DNA from: Fidelibacterota bacterium
GTDB lineage: Bacteria; Fidelibacterota; Marinisomatia; SCGC-AAA003-L08; GCA-002704045
Reading direction: 5' to 3'
Assembly: GCA_002703375.1 (NCBI GenBank)
Contig: NZTO01000062.1
Coordinates: 1 to 47,142, forward strand
Length of the DNA: 47,142 nucleotides
The notes below the pieces were generated by a model. It had not been told where the DNA came from. It ran no database searches and was given only the letters and a program-made list of their open reading frames with translations. The translations under genes and the position numbers were made by a program. Shown one piece after another: positions 30,193-40,750 of the stretch. Each line of letters starts with the position of its first letter. Position 1 is the first letter of the stretch.

Positions 30193-31266
30193 TTAGTTTG
30201 TTTTTAAAAACTTAAAAATTTTATGATTTGCTTTAGGAAAAGGATACTTTGATAAATCATTTAATTTAATTTTTCTAACTTCAGAACATTCTATTGCTTT
30301 TATTTTGCCGCTAATATATGTACATTCAAAAGCATTTAATGTAATAGAAAAGTGACTGTATTCATGTTTAATTTTTCCTAAAAATTTATTTATTTTTATA
30401 TTAATATTTATTTCTTCTTTAACCTCACGTTTTAAACATTGTTCTGGTGTTTCTTTTTTTTCGATCTTACCTCCTGGAAATTCCCACAATCCTCCAAGCA
30501 TACCAGATGATTTTCTTTTTGATATAATTATATAATTATCGTCCCATATGACTCCTGCTGATACATTATAATGTGGTTTATTCTTTTTCTCTTTTTTTAT
30601 TGGATAAATCATAAAATCATTTAATTTATATCCATTACAGTCTTTGTTTATTGGACATTCAAGACAATTGGGAATTTGTGGTTTACATATAGTTGCGCCC
30701 AATTCCATTATTGCTTCATTAAACTTGCCAGGTTCCTTTTGACATATTTTTGTATTTAGATACTCACGTATTTGTACCATGCAACTATCTGGATTTTTTT
30801 TCAATCTTAAGATCCTACTTGTTACTCTTTTGACATTACCGTCAATAACTGGATAAACTTGATTATGGATTATAGAAAAAACAGCCGAAGCTGTATAATT
30901 TCCAACCCCCGGAAATTTTAAGAACTCTAAAAAAGTGATTTTATTTATGTTGATTTTATTTTTTTCTAATAGTTCACAAGATTTTTTAAAATTCCTCGCT
31001 CTAGAATAATATCCCAAACCTTCCCAAGCCTTTAAAATATCATCTTCTGTTGCATATGCAACACTTTTGTAATCAGGAAATTTTTTTATCCAATTATTAA
31101 AATATGGTATTACTGTTTTAACTTGTGTTTGTTGCAACATTACCTCTGAAAGCCAAGTTTTATAAAAATTTCTATTTTCTCTCCATGGTAATTTTCTTTT
31201 ATTAATTGTAAACCAATCTAATAGTTTTATTGATAATAAATTATTCGTCATTATAAAAACGATCAA
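30193..31266 (-). CDS. mutY: A/G-specific adenine DNA glycosylase
   Basis: LPWR, HhH-GPD region FPGVGNYTASAV, Fe-S cluster CKPQIPNCLECPINKDC, and a NUDIX-like C-terminus GGLWEFPGGKIE. The true start may be the Met at 31251, which would shorten the overlap with marR. Confidence 0.9.
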   Translation of the reverse strand: MIVFIMTNNLLSIKLLDWFTINKRKLPWRENRNFYKTWLSEVMLQQTQVKTVIPYFNNWIKKFPDYKSVAYATEDDILKAWEGLGYYSRARNFKKSCELLEKNKININKITFLEFLKFPGVGNYTASAVFSIIHNQVYPVIDGNVKRVTSRILRLKKNPDSCMVQIREYLNTKICQKEPGKFNEAIMELGATICKPQIPNCLECPINKDCNGYKLNDFMIYPIKKEKKNKPHYNVSAGVIWDDNYIIISKRKSSGMLGGLWEFPGGKIEKKETPEQCLKREVKEEININIKINKFLGKIKHEYSHFSITLNAFECTYISGKIKAIECSEVRKIKLNDLSKYPFPKANHKIFKFLKTN

Positions 31267-31663
31267 ATGCCCAATTAAGTTTTTCTAATGAATTTTTTAT
31301 TTTTAAAATATCATCTGAACTTAAATAATTTTTGATTTTAATTAATTCTTTTGAAAAGGACTTTTCTAATTCTTTAACAGTTTGAATACCTAAGGTTGAT
31401 AATTTTAGTATTTTTTTTCTTTGATCTAATTCTGATTTTTTGATTTTAACAAAATCAAGTACAATTAATTTATCAATATTTCTTGTCAAAGTGCTATTAT
31501 CAATTCCAAGTTTTTTTGCAAAACCAGTTAATATTACACCGTCATAAGGTATGTTAGTTAGAAACTTGGCTTGTTCAAAAGTTATATTGTTTTTGAAAGC
31601 CAATTTTCTCAAAGTAATAGTGTAATAAAGATTTAAATCATTTAGATTTTCTAACATCAACAT
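31241..31663 (-). CDS. MarR-family transcriptional regulator
   Basis: 140 aa winged-helix pattern (LTGFAKKLGIDNSTLTRNIDKLIVLDFVKIKKSELDQRK). Confidence 0.7.
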   Translation of the reverse strand: MLMLENLNDLNLYYTITLRKLAFKNNITFEQAKFLTNIPYDGVILTGFAKKLGIDNSTLTRNIDKLIVLDFVKIKKSELDQRKKILKLSTLGIQTVKELEKSFSKELIKIKNYLSSDDILKIKNSLEKLNWAFDRFYNDE

Positions 31664-31690
31664 AGTTGTATTTTACAATAAAAAAGCATT

Positions 31691-32326
31691 TCATACAATA
31701 TCCTTCAACTCATTAAAATCTTCTATCACTCTAAAGACACTAGGCATATCTTCTTTATCTATGGAGCCAGTTATTGATATCACATTTGCTCCTGAGGCTT
31801 TTGCTGAATTTATACCATTAATAGAGTCTTCAATTATCAAAGTTTCTTTTGGATCTAAATTTAACCGATACATCATTTTTAAATATGGTTCAGGATGAGG
31901 CTTACTATTTTTGCAATCATCATTTGTGATAACATTCTCAAATAATTTTCTAATTCCTAATATATTATCTACATAATCAAAGCTATGTTTAGGGCTGGCT
32001 GTAACTAGACCTAATTTATATTTATTTTTTACATAATCATAAAAATCCTCAAAAGTATTTTTAAACCTTAATGATGATTTGAATTCTTTTTTTATATACT
32101 TCCTTCCTTTTTCTATAAATTTTTCTCTTTTTTCTTTAATATTATATCTTTTCATTGAAATTGTATAAAAATTTTGTTCACTGCATCCTCTAAAAATTTT
32201 CCAATCTTCATCTGGTATATTAATACCATATTCTTTAAATAATTTAATTTCAGCTTTTTGATATAGACTTTCAGAATCTATAACAGTGCCATCCAAATCA
32301 AATAATATACCTTTTACATTTAACAT
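31691..32326 (-). CDS. HAD-superfamily hydrolase (beta-phosphoglucomutase/phosphatase-like)
   Basis: Motif I FDLDGTVIDSE, motif II VTAS, motif IV IEDSINGINSAKASG. Confidence 0.8.
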   Translation of the reverse strand: MLNVKGILFDLDGTVIDSESLYQKAEIKLFKEYGINIPDEDWKIFRGCSEQNFYTISMKRYNIKEKREKFIEKGRKYIKKEFKSSLRFKNTFEDFYDYVKNKYKLGLVTASPKHSFDYVDNILGIRKLFENVITNDDCKNSKPHPEPYLKMMYRLNLDPKETLIIEDSINGINSAKASGANVISITGSIDKEDMPSVFRVIEDFNELKDIV

Positions 32327-32330
32327 ATCA

Positions 32331-33458
32331 TTAATCTAAAGTATAAAGAAGTTCACAATGATTCAAAAATAAAAATTTAACTACTTCCTGTTTTTCTTGA
32401 TTTATATTATGTCCAGTTATTTCATTATGGTCTAAATATACTTTTCCAATAAATTGCCAAATTCCTTTTTCAGGTTCTCCGTTGAAATTTTTGTTTTTTG
32501 CATTTTCTGGTCCAATCATCGATATTGTATTTACTAATCCATCGTTTTCTTTCCATTCTTTTGAAAAGTTTTCATTATTATAAATTAAATTGGATTGAAT
32601 GGAATATCTTAACTTTGGCTGGTTATTATTTGTTGTAGCAAATGAAAAATAGAAAGTTTTAGAATTAGTTTGATATAAATTATTAAATTGCTTTGAACCT
32701 TGGACTGACAAATCCCAATATGAAAAATTTTTTGTATCTTTAATAGGTGATTCTTTTATTCTACGAATGTAATTAATTAAACTTTCATTTTCAAATCGGC
32801 TTAATGACCATTGATCGAGATCAAAATCAAAATACATTTTTGGAGAAATAATATCTAGCCATATTATTGTTGATTGGATATTGGGAAAAAAATTATTTAT
32901 AATTGGGGCAATTGTCGTTCCATTATGAGGAGTAGAGATTGTAGTAACACTTTTAATCCAATTACTTTGTTTTTCTTTTAACAAATAAGATTCTTCAAGA
33001 GAAAATTTATTACACAATATATATTCAAGCATTCTAGAAGTTTGACCCCCTTGGCTATGTCCAATTATATGAATAGGATTTTGTTCATCCCATTCAGGAT
33101 ATAAACCCTTGAAGTTTTTTTTATCAGGTTTTTGTATTAAATTGTATTTTTCAGAATGATTTTTACCATAATCAACTTGACCCCCTTTAATTTGATAAAA
33201 AGCTTCTATAGCTCTATCCCAGTTTGATGAAACGGGGCCTACTGATAAGGTATAGACTTCATATCCATTTTCTATTAAATATTTTTCTAAATCAAATTTT
33301 CCTCCCCAATAAAAATAGTCATTCAATTCATTTCTTCCCCAACCCATAAACCCATGTAACAAAAAAATCGGATGCTTATTATCAGAAAATATTAGACCAA
33401 AAAATAATACAAAAATATAATTTGGTTTTAGATTATTTAAGATTTTGTATAGCTTCAA
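32331..33458 (-). CDS. Secreted lipase/esterase (alpha/beta hydrolase)
   Basis: Hydrophobic N-terminus, oxyanion LLHGFMGW and nucleophile elbow GHSQGG. The layout resembles Gram-positive-type triacylglycerol lipases. Confidence 0.65.
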   Translation of the reverse strand: MKLYKILNNLKPNYIFVLFFGLIFSDNKHPIFLLHGFMGWGRNELNDYFYWGGKFDLEKYLIENGYEVYTLSVGPVSSNWDRAIEAFYQIKGGQVDYGKNHSEKYNLIQKPDKKNFKGLYPEWDEQNPIHIIGHSQGGQTSRMLEYILCNKFSLEESYLLKEKQSNWIKSVTTISTPHNGTTIAPIINNFFPNIQSTIIWLDIISPKMYFDFDLDQWSLSRFENESLINYIRRIKESPIKDTKNFSYWDLSVQGSKQFNNLYQTNSKTFYFSFATTNNNQPKLRYSIQSNLIYNNENFSKEWKENDGLVNTISMIGPENAKNKNFNGEPEKGIWQFIGKVYLDHNEITGHNINQEKQEVVKFLFLNHCELLYTLD

Positions 33459-34671
33459 TACGTTTCAATATAGGAGGATGGCTGTAATTTAAAAAGACGT
33501 AAAATGGATGAGGATTCAAATTACTCAAATTGGATACAGATAGGTTTTTAAGTGCTAAAATAAGATTTTTTTTATCATCTATAGTTTCAACGGAATATTT
33601 GTCTGCATCAAATTCATTTTTTCTTGAATAAGCATTTAATACTATACTTAAAAACACATTTATGGGAGAATATAAAATAGAAAAAAATACAATTCCTGCA
33701 TAATTTGAAATATAATCCATTTTAAAGGCATCAAAAAGCAATTGGTTTTTTATAAAAAATTCAAGTAAGTAAAACATAATTCCAATTGAAAAAATAGAAA
33801 TCACAGTATTGGTTACAATATGTTTTTTTTTATAATGACCTACCTCGTGCGCAATGATAGCAATTATTTCATCATCTGTGTGATTTTTTAGTAAAGTATC
33901 AAACAAAACAATCCTTTTATTAGAACCAAATCCAGTAAAATATGCATTTGAATGTGAAGATCGCTTAGAACCGTCAACAATATAAATTTCAGATAAAGGA
34001 AATTTAACTTTTTGTGAATAATATTGTATTTTTTCTTTTAATGTTCCATCTTCTAGTTTTTGAAATTTATTGAAAATTGGAGCAATTATATTTATATAAA
34101 TGATCGGCATAAGAACAATTATTATTGATAAAAAAAACCAACAAAAAAGCCAAGCATATTGTCCTATATATTCATATGTTGATAATAATAAAAAGATTAT
34201 TATTGATCCAATGATCATTGATAGAAATATTTGCTTTACAGTGTCTGAAACAAACAGAGTTTTAGTAGATTTATTAAAACCATATTTTTGTTCAATATAA
34301 AATGTAGAATAATATGATTTGGGCAAAGACAAAATTGTATTAAATAAAATGATGATAACAAAATATAGTACGCCAAGGAAAACATCATTATTTATATTAA
34401 AATTTCTTAAAAATAAATCTAAATAATTAAAACCTCCAAATGAAATTACTGATATCATTATCAATAAATTTAAAGTTGATGTATAAATCGTAAATTTTAT
34501 GTTTTCTCTAGTATATTCTTGCGATAAAGTATATTTTTTTTGACTGTAGAAATTATTAAATTCCAAAGGTAAGTTAGTTTTTAGAGACCTTAAATTGTAA
34601 TATTTTGAAATAATTTCTAAAATATATTCAAAAATCAAAAAAATTAAAATTATTGATAAAAAATAATTCAT
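33433..34671 (-). CDS. M48-family zinc metallopeptidase, Ste24/CAAX-protease-like
   Basis: 412 aa, multi-TM. HExxH motif IAHEVGHYKKKH with a downstream E (NEFDAD). Confidence 0.8.
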   Translation of the reverse strand: MNYFLSIILIFLIFEYILEIISKYYNLRSLKTNLPLEFNNFYSQKKYTLSQEYTRENIKFTIYTSTLNLLIMISVISFGGFNYLDLFLRNFNINNDVFLGVLYFVIIILFNTILSLPKSYYSTFYIEQKYGFNKSTKTLFVSDTVKQIFLSMIIGSIIIFLLLSTYEYIGQYAWLFCWFFLSIIIVLMPIIYINIIAPIFNKFQKLEDGTLKEKIQYYSQKVKFPLSEIYIVDGSKRSSHSNAYFTGFGSNKRIVLFDTLLKNHTDDEIIAIIAHEVGHYKKKHIVTNTVISIFSIGIMFYLLEFFIKNQLLFDAFKMDYISNYAGIVFFSILYSPINVFLSIVLNAYSRKNEFDADKYSVETIDDKKNLILALKNLSVSNLSNLNPHPFYVFLNYSHPPILKRIEAIQNLK

Positions 34672-34690
34672 AAAAGATTGTATAGTACAA

Positions 34691-35770
34691 TTAATTTAGA
34701 ATTAACATTTCTTTGGTCGATTTATTTAAAGGTAAGCAATCTTTTTCTCTTATTAAACAGTCATCTTCAATCCTTACACCACCCCAAGAAGGTATATAAA
34801 TTCCTGGTTCTATCGTTACAACATAATTTTTTAATAAGGGCTTTTTATTATGAATGCTTAATCTTGGATACGTATGAACTTCTAAACCTATCCCGTGTCC
34901 TGTAGAATGACAAAATTCTTTTCCATAACCTGCATTAGTAATAATATCACGACAAGCCATATCAACTTGTTCACCAGTCACTCCTTCTTTTGCAACTCTT
35001 ATACCATTTAGTTGTGATTTTAAGACTATATCATAAATTTCATGATGTTTTGATGTCGCTTCACCTATAACAACTGTTCTAGTCATGTCCGCATGATATC
35101 CTTGATACAAGGCACCAAAATCCATGACAACAAAATCCCCTTTTTCAAATTTTTTGTCTGAAGGCCTAGCGTGAGGGAGAGCTCCTAAAAAACCACTAGC
35201 AATAATTGGATCGTAGCTATCTCCTTCTGCTCCATTCATTTTAAAAAGATAAGATATTTTAGCTGCTATTTCTTTTTCAACGGCACCTTCTTTTAAGTCT
35301 GGGATTATTTGATTAAAAACTTCATCAGTAATTTCTATAGCAGATTTTAATGATTCAATTTCACTACTATCTTTAATAGCAGCGATATGCTCTACAATTT
35401 GAGATGTCTCTTTCAAGTTAACATTATTCAAAATACTCTTTAATCTTTGATATGAATGATATGAAGTATGTTCAGCTTCAAAACCAATATTAATACCATT
35501 AGATAAAATATTATTTTTTTTTATAGTCTGCTCATATCCATTTTCAATCATATGAATTTGGCAATTTTTAATTTGATCTTTTGATTGTTGATCATATCTA
35601 GTATCTGAAAAAAAATGTTGACTTTTTTCTAGTATTAATACGGAGGCTGCAGACCCCGTAAAACCCGTTAAATATCTTACATTTGTTAAATTTGTAATAT
35701 ATAAGCCATCTAAATTTTGTTCAGCTATTTTATTTTTTACTAAATTTACTCTTTTTTCATATATGTTCAT
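34691..35770 (-). CDS. pepP: Xaa-Pro aminopeptidase (M24B)
   Basis: Creatinase-like N-domain plus M24 metal ligands: VMDFGALYQGYHADMTRT, HSTGHGIGLEVHT, TIEPGIY, IEDD. Confidence 0.85.
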   Translation of the reverse strand: MNIYEKRVNLVKNKIAEQNLDGLYITNLTNVRYLTGFTGSAASVLILEKSQHFFSDTRYDQQSKDQIKNCQIHMIENGYEQTIKKNNILSNGINIGFEAEHTSYHSYQRLKSILNNVNLKETSQIVEHIAAIKDSSEIESLKSAIEITDEVFNQIIPDLKEGAVEKEIAAKISYLFKMNGAEGDSYDPIIASGFLGALPHARPSDKKFEKGDFVVMDFGALYQGYHADMTRTVVIGEATSKHHEIYDIVLKSQLNGIRVAKEGVTGEQVDMACRDIITNAGYGKEFCHSTGHGIGLEVHTYPRLSIHNKKPLLKNYVVTIEPGIYIPSWGGVRIEDDCLIREKDCLPLNKSTKEMLILN

Positions 35771-36484
35771 TTATTGCATCTTTCCAATTTGCTCTATCAA
35801 AATATCAATTTCTTGTTGTATTTTTTTATTTTTTGTGTCTTTAAGTTTTAAAATATTTAAGACTTTTAAAGCTTCTTCGTAATATCCTTGAGATTTATAA
35901 ATATTAAATAAAGTCATAGAGGCTAGAGCATCATCCACTTTAATATTTTCTTTTTTTATAACTTTTTTTTCTATTTTTTCTTGAATTTGATTTATTGACT
36001 TTTCTGTTTTTTTCTTTTTTTCTTTGTTTTTTTTATGTACAATTTTCTTGTGAGTTTTACTTTTAAATTCTTTTTTATAATTTTCTTCTAGCCATTTTTT
36101 AGATTCTGTGTTATTTAGATCTAATTTAACGATTTTATCCACATTTTTTTTGATAATGCTTTTATCTCTATTTAACTCAATTTGTACAGATAGTAATAAA
36201 TTCATAGAATTTAAATTAAGATTATCAAAAGAAATTGATTTTAAAAGTAATTCTTCAGCTTTTTTTAATTCTTCTTTAATTAATGATATTTTAGCTAATA
36301 TGTAATATCCAACAGAGGACTCCGGATTAGATTTTATACCAATTTGACAAACTTTTTGTGCTCTTACATAATCTCCTTTTTCATAATAAAGATCTGCAAG
36401 AATAGGAAACAAAGGACTTTTTAAATTATTAGAAAAAAAGTTTTCCATATCTTTTATGTCATTTATTTTTATATCATTGGTCAT
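35771..36484 (-). CDS. TPR-repeat protein with a lysine-rich central linker
   Basis: 237 aa. TPR-like segments flank KSKTHKKIVHKKNKEKKKKTEK. Confidence 0.55.
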   Translation of the reverse strand: MTNDIKINDIKDMENFFSNNLKSPLFPILADLYYEKGDYVRAQKVCQIGIKSNPESSVGYYILAKISLIKEELKKAEELLLKSISFDNLNLNSMNLLLSVQIELNRDKSIIKKNVDKIVKLDLNNTESKKWLEENYKKEFKSKTHKKIVHKKNKEKKKKTEKSINQIQEKIEKKVIKKENIKVDDALASMTLFNIYKSQGYYEEALKVLNILKLKDTKNKKIQQEIDILIEQIGKMQ

Positions 36485-36875
36485 AATTATTTTTAACCCA
36501 ATTTGTTATATAATCTATTGTTTCTTGAATCGGAGTACCTGGACCGAATAATTTACCAATACCTATGCTATTTAGTTTTTCCATATCTGTTTTTGAAATT
36601 ATTCCTCCACCAGTTAATAGGATATTTTGCATCTTATTTTTCTTGATTAAATCTAAAACTTTGGGAAACACGGTCATATGCGTATTATTTAAAGTAGACA
36701 ACGCAATCACATTAGCGTCTTCTTGTAATGCTGCAGTAACAATCATTTCAGGTGTTTGTCTTAAGCCTAAATATATGACTTCCATCCCTGCATCTCTAAA
36801 TGCGCGTGCTAGTACCTTGATACCTCTGTCATGGCCATCAAGGCCTGGCTTTGCCATAATTACTCTAATTTTCAT
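36474..36875 (-). CDS. Methylmalonyl-CoA-mutase-type cobalamin (B12)-binding domain protein (small subunit)
   Basis: 133 aa. DxHxxG motif GLDGHDRGIKV, the SxL region IALSTL, and GGG (LLTGGGII). Confidence 0.85.
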   Translation of the reverse strand: MKIRVIMAKPGLDGHDRGIKVLARAFRDAGMEVIYLGLRQTPEMIVTAALQEDANVIALSTLNNTHMTVFPKVLDLIKKNKMQNILLTGGGIISKTDMEKLNSIGIGKLFGPGTPIQETIDYITNWVKNNYDQ

Positions 36876-37321
36876 AATTTTTCTTTACTATTAATTATTA
36901 TTGTTACTGGTCCATTATTATTAATTTTTACTTCCATGCTTTCTCCAAATTTACCTGTTTTTACATCTAATTGTAAATCTTCAATTTTTTTTATAAAATC
37001 TAAATATAACTTTTCTGCTTTTTGGGGAGACGCAGCATTAAAATAACTAGGTCTTTTCCCTTTACTAATATCAGCACATAATGTAAATTGACTAACTACT
37101 AAGATCTGTCCTTTGATATCTTGAACAGATAAATTCATTTTATTTTTTTGATCAGAAAAAATACGTAAACCTAAAGTCTTTTTTAAAATGTAGTCTAGGT
37201 CCTCATTTCCATCACTTTTTTCTATTCCTAAAAAAACAAGAAGTCCTTTTTTAATCTTTGAGTAGCTTATATCTTTTATTTTAACTTCAGCATGATTTAC
37301 TCTTTGAATTAAACATATCAT
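36872..37321 (-). CDS. dtd: D-aminoacyl-tRNA deacylase
   Basis: 149 aa. MICLIQRV, GLLVFLGI, SQFTLCAD, GKRPSY. Confidence 0.9.
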   Translation of the reverse strand: MICLIQRVNHAEVKIKDISYSKIKKGLLVFLGIEKSDGNEDLDYILKKTLGLRIFSDQKNKMNLSVQDIKGQILVVSQFTLCADISKGKRPSYFNAASPQKAEKLYLDFIKKIEDLQLDVKTGKFGESMEVKINNNGPVTIIINSKEKL

Positions 37322-37324
37322 ATA

Positions 37325-40300
37325 TTAATTAATCCAAACATTTTTGTTTCCAAGAATATTTCTTAAATCTTTAATAAAATTCTTTTTGTTTGAAACAAAG
37401 TAATTTCTAGAAACTATTTTCTGTGATTGATTGTCACCATATTTAAAATGAAGAATTAACTTATATTTGCCTTTATTCTTCTTAACAATATCTAAAATAT
37501 CATTTAATGATTGTTTAGCATGGCTATCTTGAAAAACAATATTAATATTTTTAGTTAAAATATTTCTTGCAGTTTCTAGTGGGTAGATTGAGTTGGTTAT
37601 TAATTTAATAACATCATCGCTCGTATTTTTTTTTGATGGAGTACCAGAAACAAAAATTAAACTATCTTTTTCAATTAAATTTGAAAACTTATCATATTCC
37701 TTTGCAAAAACAAAGACCTCGATTTTTAAAAATTTATTAACTAATTCTATGATAGCCCATGGCTTATTTCTTTTGTCATACAAAACTTTTTTTGAAACAA
37801 CAATACCTCCAGTTCTTATTGTTTCTTTATTTTGATTCTTATTATTTATAATTGATAATTCTTTAATATCATCATTGTAATCTGCAACAGGATCTCCAGA
37901 TAAATAAAAACCTAAAATTTCTTTTTCTTTAGCTAATAAATCATTTTTTTTCCATTCTTCAATTTTTGGAATATCTGGTTCAATTATTACGCCATCTTCA
38001 TTATCCGAAAATAAACTTGCCTGGTTTTGATTTTGATTATTTTTAAAGTTTTGAGAAAATTTTAATGCATCCTCAATGACTCCGAACATTTGAGCCCTAT
38101 TTTCATGCAATGAATCACATGCTCCAGATATAATTAAACTTTCTAATATTTTTTTATTAATTATACCGTTAGATAATGATTTACACATTGAAAAAAATGA
38201 TTGAAATCCGTTATCAATTTTTCTTTGTTTATAAATTAAGTCGGATGCTTTATATCCAATATTTTTGATAGCTGCTAATCCGTAAATGATTTGAGATTTT
38301 TTATTTACACTAAAATCTGGTTTGGATTGATTAACATTTGGAGGAATAATATCAATTTTTAAATTTTTTGCTTCCTCAATCAATGAAACTATTCTTTTTG
38401 TATCATTCATTTCAGTTGTCATTGTAGCAGCTAAAAATTCTGCGGGATAGTGAGCTTTTAGCCATGCAGTTCTATAGGCTACAAGCGCATATGCTGTAGA
38501 ATGACTTTTGTTAAATCCATATTGTGCAAATTTTTCTACAAGATCAAAAATCTCAATGGAATGTTTTTTATCAAATCCTTTTTTTATTGCACCATCAACA
38601 AAATCAACCTTAATAGCTGCCATTTCATCAATTTTTTTCTTTCCCATTGCTTTTCTCATAATATCTGCTTTTGCTAGTGTAAATCCTGCAACTTCTGAAG
38701 CAATTTGCATTACTTGCTCTTGATATACTATGATTCCATATGTTTCTTTTAAAATCGGTTTTAAAGAATCACTCAAATATGAAATTTTTTTAATTCCTTT
38801 TTTTCTATTTATGAATTCAGGAATATTTTCCATAGGGCCAGGCCTATACAATGCATTCATGGCAATTAAATCCTCTAAGCATGATGGTTGTAAATTTTTA
38901 AGATGTTCTCGCATTCCACCAGATTCAAATTGAAAAATTCCAACTGTTTGTCCTTTAGAAAATAATTGATAAGTTTTTTCGTCATTTAATTGAAGATTTT
39001 CTATGTCTATTTTTATATTATGATTTTTTAAAATCATTTTTATTGCTTTATCAATGACTGTTAAAGTTCTCAAACCTAAAAAATCCATTTTTAACAAACC
39101 AAGATCTTCCAAACCATTCATATCTACCTGACTAGTTACATCTCCTGTAGATGCTGATTTATATAACGGTATATAATTTGTCAAATCTCCTGGTGCTATT
39201 ACAACCCCAGCAGCATGTACAGATGCATGTCGATTTAAACCTTCTAAAATTCTTGAGTACTCTATCAAATTTTCGTGTGTTTGATCTATGTTTTTTATTT
39301 CTGAAAATTCTTTATTTTTTTTAAATGCTTTATCTAAAGTTATTTTTAAATCATCTGGGATTAACTTTGCAATTCTATCAACTTGATCATAAGGCATATC
39401 AAGCACTCTACCAACATCTCTTAAAACTGATTTAGCTTTCATTCTACCAAAGGTTATAATTTGTGAAACAGATTCATCTCCATATCTTGTTTTAATATAA
39501 TCAATCACACTTTGTCTACCTTCAATACAAAAATCTATATCTATATCAGGCATTGATATTCGATCAGGATTTAAAAATCTTTCAAATAGTAAATTATACC
39601 TTAACGGATCTATATCAGTTATTCCTGTAACATATGACACAATAGATCCAACAGCTGAACCCCTTCCAGGACCTACTGGAATATCATTATCTTTTGCATA
39701 ATCTATAAAATCCATAACAATCAAAAAATAACCCGCAAATCCCATCTTCTTTATAACATTTAATTCAAAATTCAATCTATTCATTGCTTTGGAATCAAGA
39801 TTATCATATTTTAGCTTAATATTTTTTTCGCATATGATTCTTAGATACTTATCTGGATCATCTGTATTGTATTCTTTTGGAATTGGGAATCTTGGCAAAT
39901 GTAATTTTCCCATAGGAATTTTGAAATCACACATATCTGCTATTTTACGTGTGTTTTCTATTGCACCAGGAAATGAACTAAATTTTTGATGCATTTCATC
40001 TTGAGATTTTATATAAAATTGTTCAGGCTCATAACTTAATCTATTAGTATCATCACGTTTTTTTTGAGTACCCAAACAAAATAATATATCATGAGCTTCC
40101 CAATGCTCGCATCTTGCATAATGACAATCATTAGTTGCTACCATTGGCAAATTCAATTCAGATGATAACTTTTTTATAATTGGATGAGTAGCTTTTTCTT
40201 CACTTATATTATGATCTTGAACTTCTAAAAAAAACCTATCGGGAAAAATTTCTGAATATTCTATTGCTGCTTTTCTAGCATTTTCATATTCACCCAAATA

Positions 40301-40750
40301 AGCATACTCGTTAATTTCACCTTTTAAACAGCCTGAGGTTGCAATCAAGCCTTGATTATATTTTTTTAATAATTCTTTATCAACTCTTGGTTTATAATAA
40401 AATCCATTTAAATAACCAATTGAAACCAACTTCATTAAATTTCTGTAACCTAATTCATTTTGAACCAATAAAACTAAGTGGTGATATCCTAAACCTTTAC
40501 CTGGAATTCTCTCCTTTTTTTTATGAGACTCCATAGCAACATATAATTCACATCCAATAATGGGCTTAATACCTTTTTTGATTGCGTGTTTATAGAAAGG
40601 AATCATTGAAAACAAATTCCCATGTTCAGTGATTGCTATTGTATCCATTTTTAACTCTTCAACTCTGTCGCAAAGCATTTCTACAGATTGAGCTGCATCA
40701 AGGAGAGAGTAATCAGTATGATTGTGTAAATGTACAAACTCAGATGACAT
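37325..40750 (-). CDS. dnaE: DNA polymerase III alpha subunit
   Basis: 1141 aa. PHP domain FVHLHNHTDYSLLDA, palm/fingers region PDIDIDF, FAQYGFNKSHSTAYA. Confidence 0.97.
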   Translation of the reverse strand: MSSEFVHLHNHTDYSLLDAAQSVEMLCDRVEELKMDTIAITEHGNLFSMIPFYKHAIKKGIKPIIGCELYVAMESHKKKERIPGKGLGYHHLVLLVQNELGYRNLMKLVSIGYLNGFYYKPRVDKELLKKYNQGLIATSGCLKGEINEYAYLGEYENARKAAIEYSEIFPDRFFLEVQDHNISEEKATHPIIKKLSSELNLPMVATNDCHYARCEHWEAHDILFCLGTQKKRDDTNRLSYEPEQFYIKSQDEMHQKFSSFPGAIENTRKIADMCDFKIPMGKLHLPRFPIPKEYNTDDPDKYLRIICEKNIKLKYDNLDSKAMNRLNFELNVIKKMGFAGYFLIVMDFIDYAKDNDIPVGPGRGSAVGSIVSYVTGITDIDPLRYNLLFERFLNPDRISMPDIDIDFCIEGRQSVIDYIKTRYGDESVSQIITFGRMKAKSVLRDVGRVLDMPYDQVDRIAKLIPDDLKITLDKAFKKNKEFSEIKNIDQTHENLIEYSRILEGLNRHASVHAAGVVIAPGDLTNYIPLYKSASTGDVTSQVDMNGLEDLGLLKMDFLGLRTLTVIDKAIKMILKNHNIKIDIENLQLNDEKTYQLFSKGQTVGIFQFESGGMREHLKNLQPSCLEDLIAMNALYRPGPMENIPEFINRKKGIKKISYLSDSLKPILKETYGIIVYQEQVMQIASEVAGFTLAKADIMRKAMGKKKIDEMAAIKVDFVDGAIKKGFDKKHSIEIFDLVEKFAQYGFNKSHSTAYALVAYRTAWLKAHYPAEFLAATMTTEMNDTKRIVSLIEEAKNLKIDIIPPNVNQSKPDFSVNKKSQIIYGLAAIKNIGYKASDLIYKQRKIDNGFQSFFSMCKSLSNGIINKKILESLIISGACDSLHENRAQMFGVIEDALKFSQNFKNNQNQNQASLFSDNEDGVIIEPDIPKIEEWKKNDLLAKEKEILGFYLSGDPVADYNDDIKELSIINNKNQNKETIRTGGIVVSKKVLYDKRNKPWAIIELVNKFLKIEVFVFAKEYDKFSNLIEKDSLIFVSGTPSKKNTSDDVIKLITNSIYPLETARNILTKNINIVFQDSHAKQSLNDILDIVKKNKGKYKLILHFKYGDNQSQKIVSRNYFVSNKKNFIKDLRNILGNKNVWIN

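Noticed and set aside
31666-31678. The small palindrome TTGTA-TTT-TACAA lies 3 nt upstream of the marR-family gene start, a possible autoregulatory operator.
   Set aside because: The arms are only 5 bp, in AT-rich sequence where such matches are common. It sits in a 27-nt gap that must also hold the ribosome-binding site.
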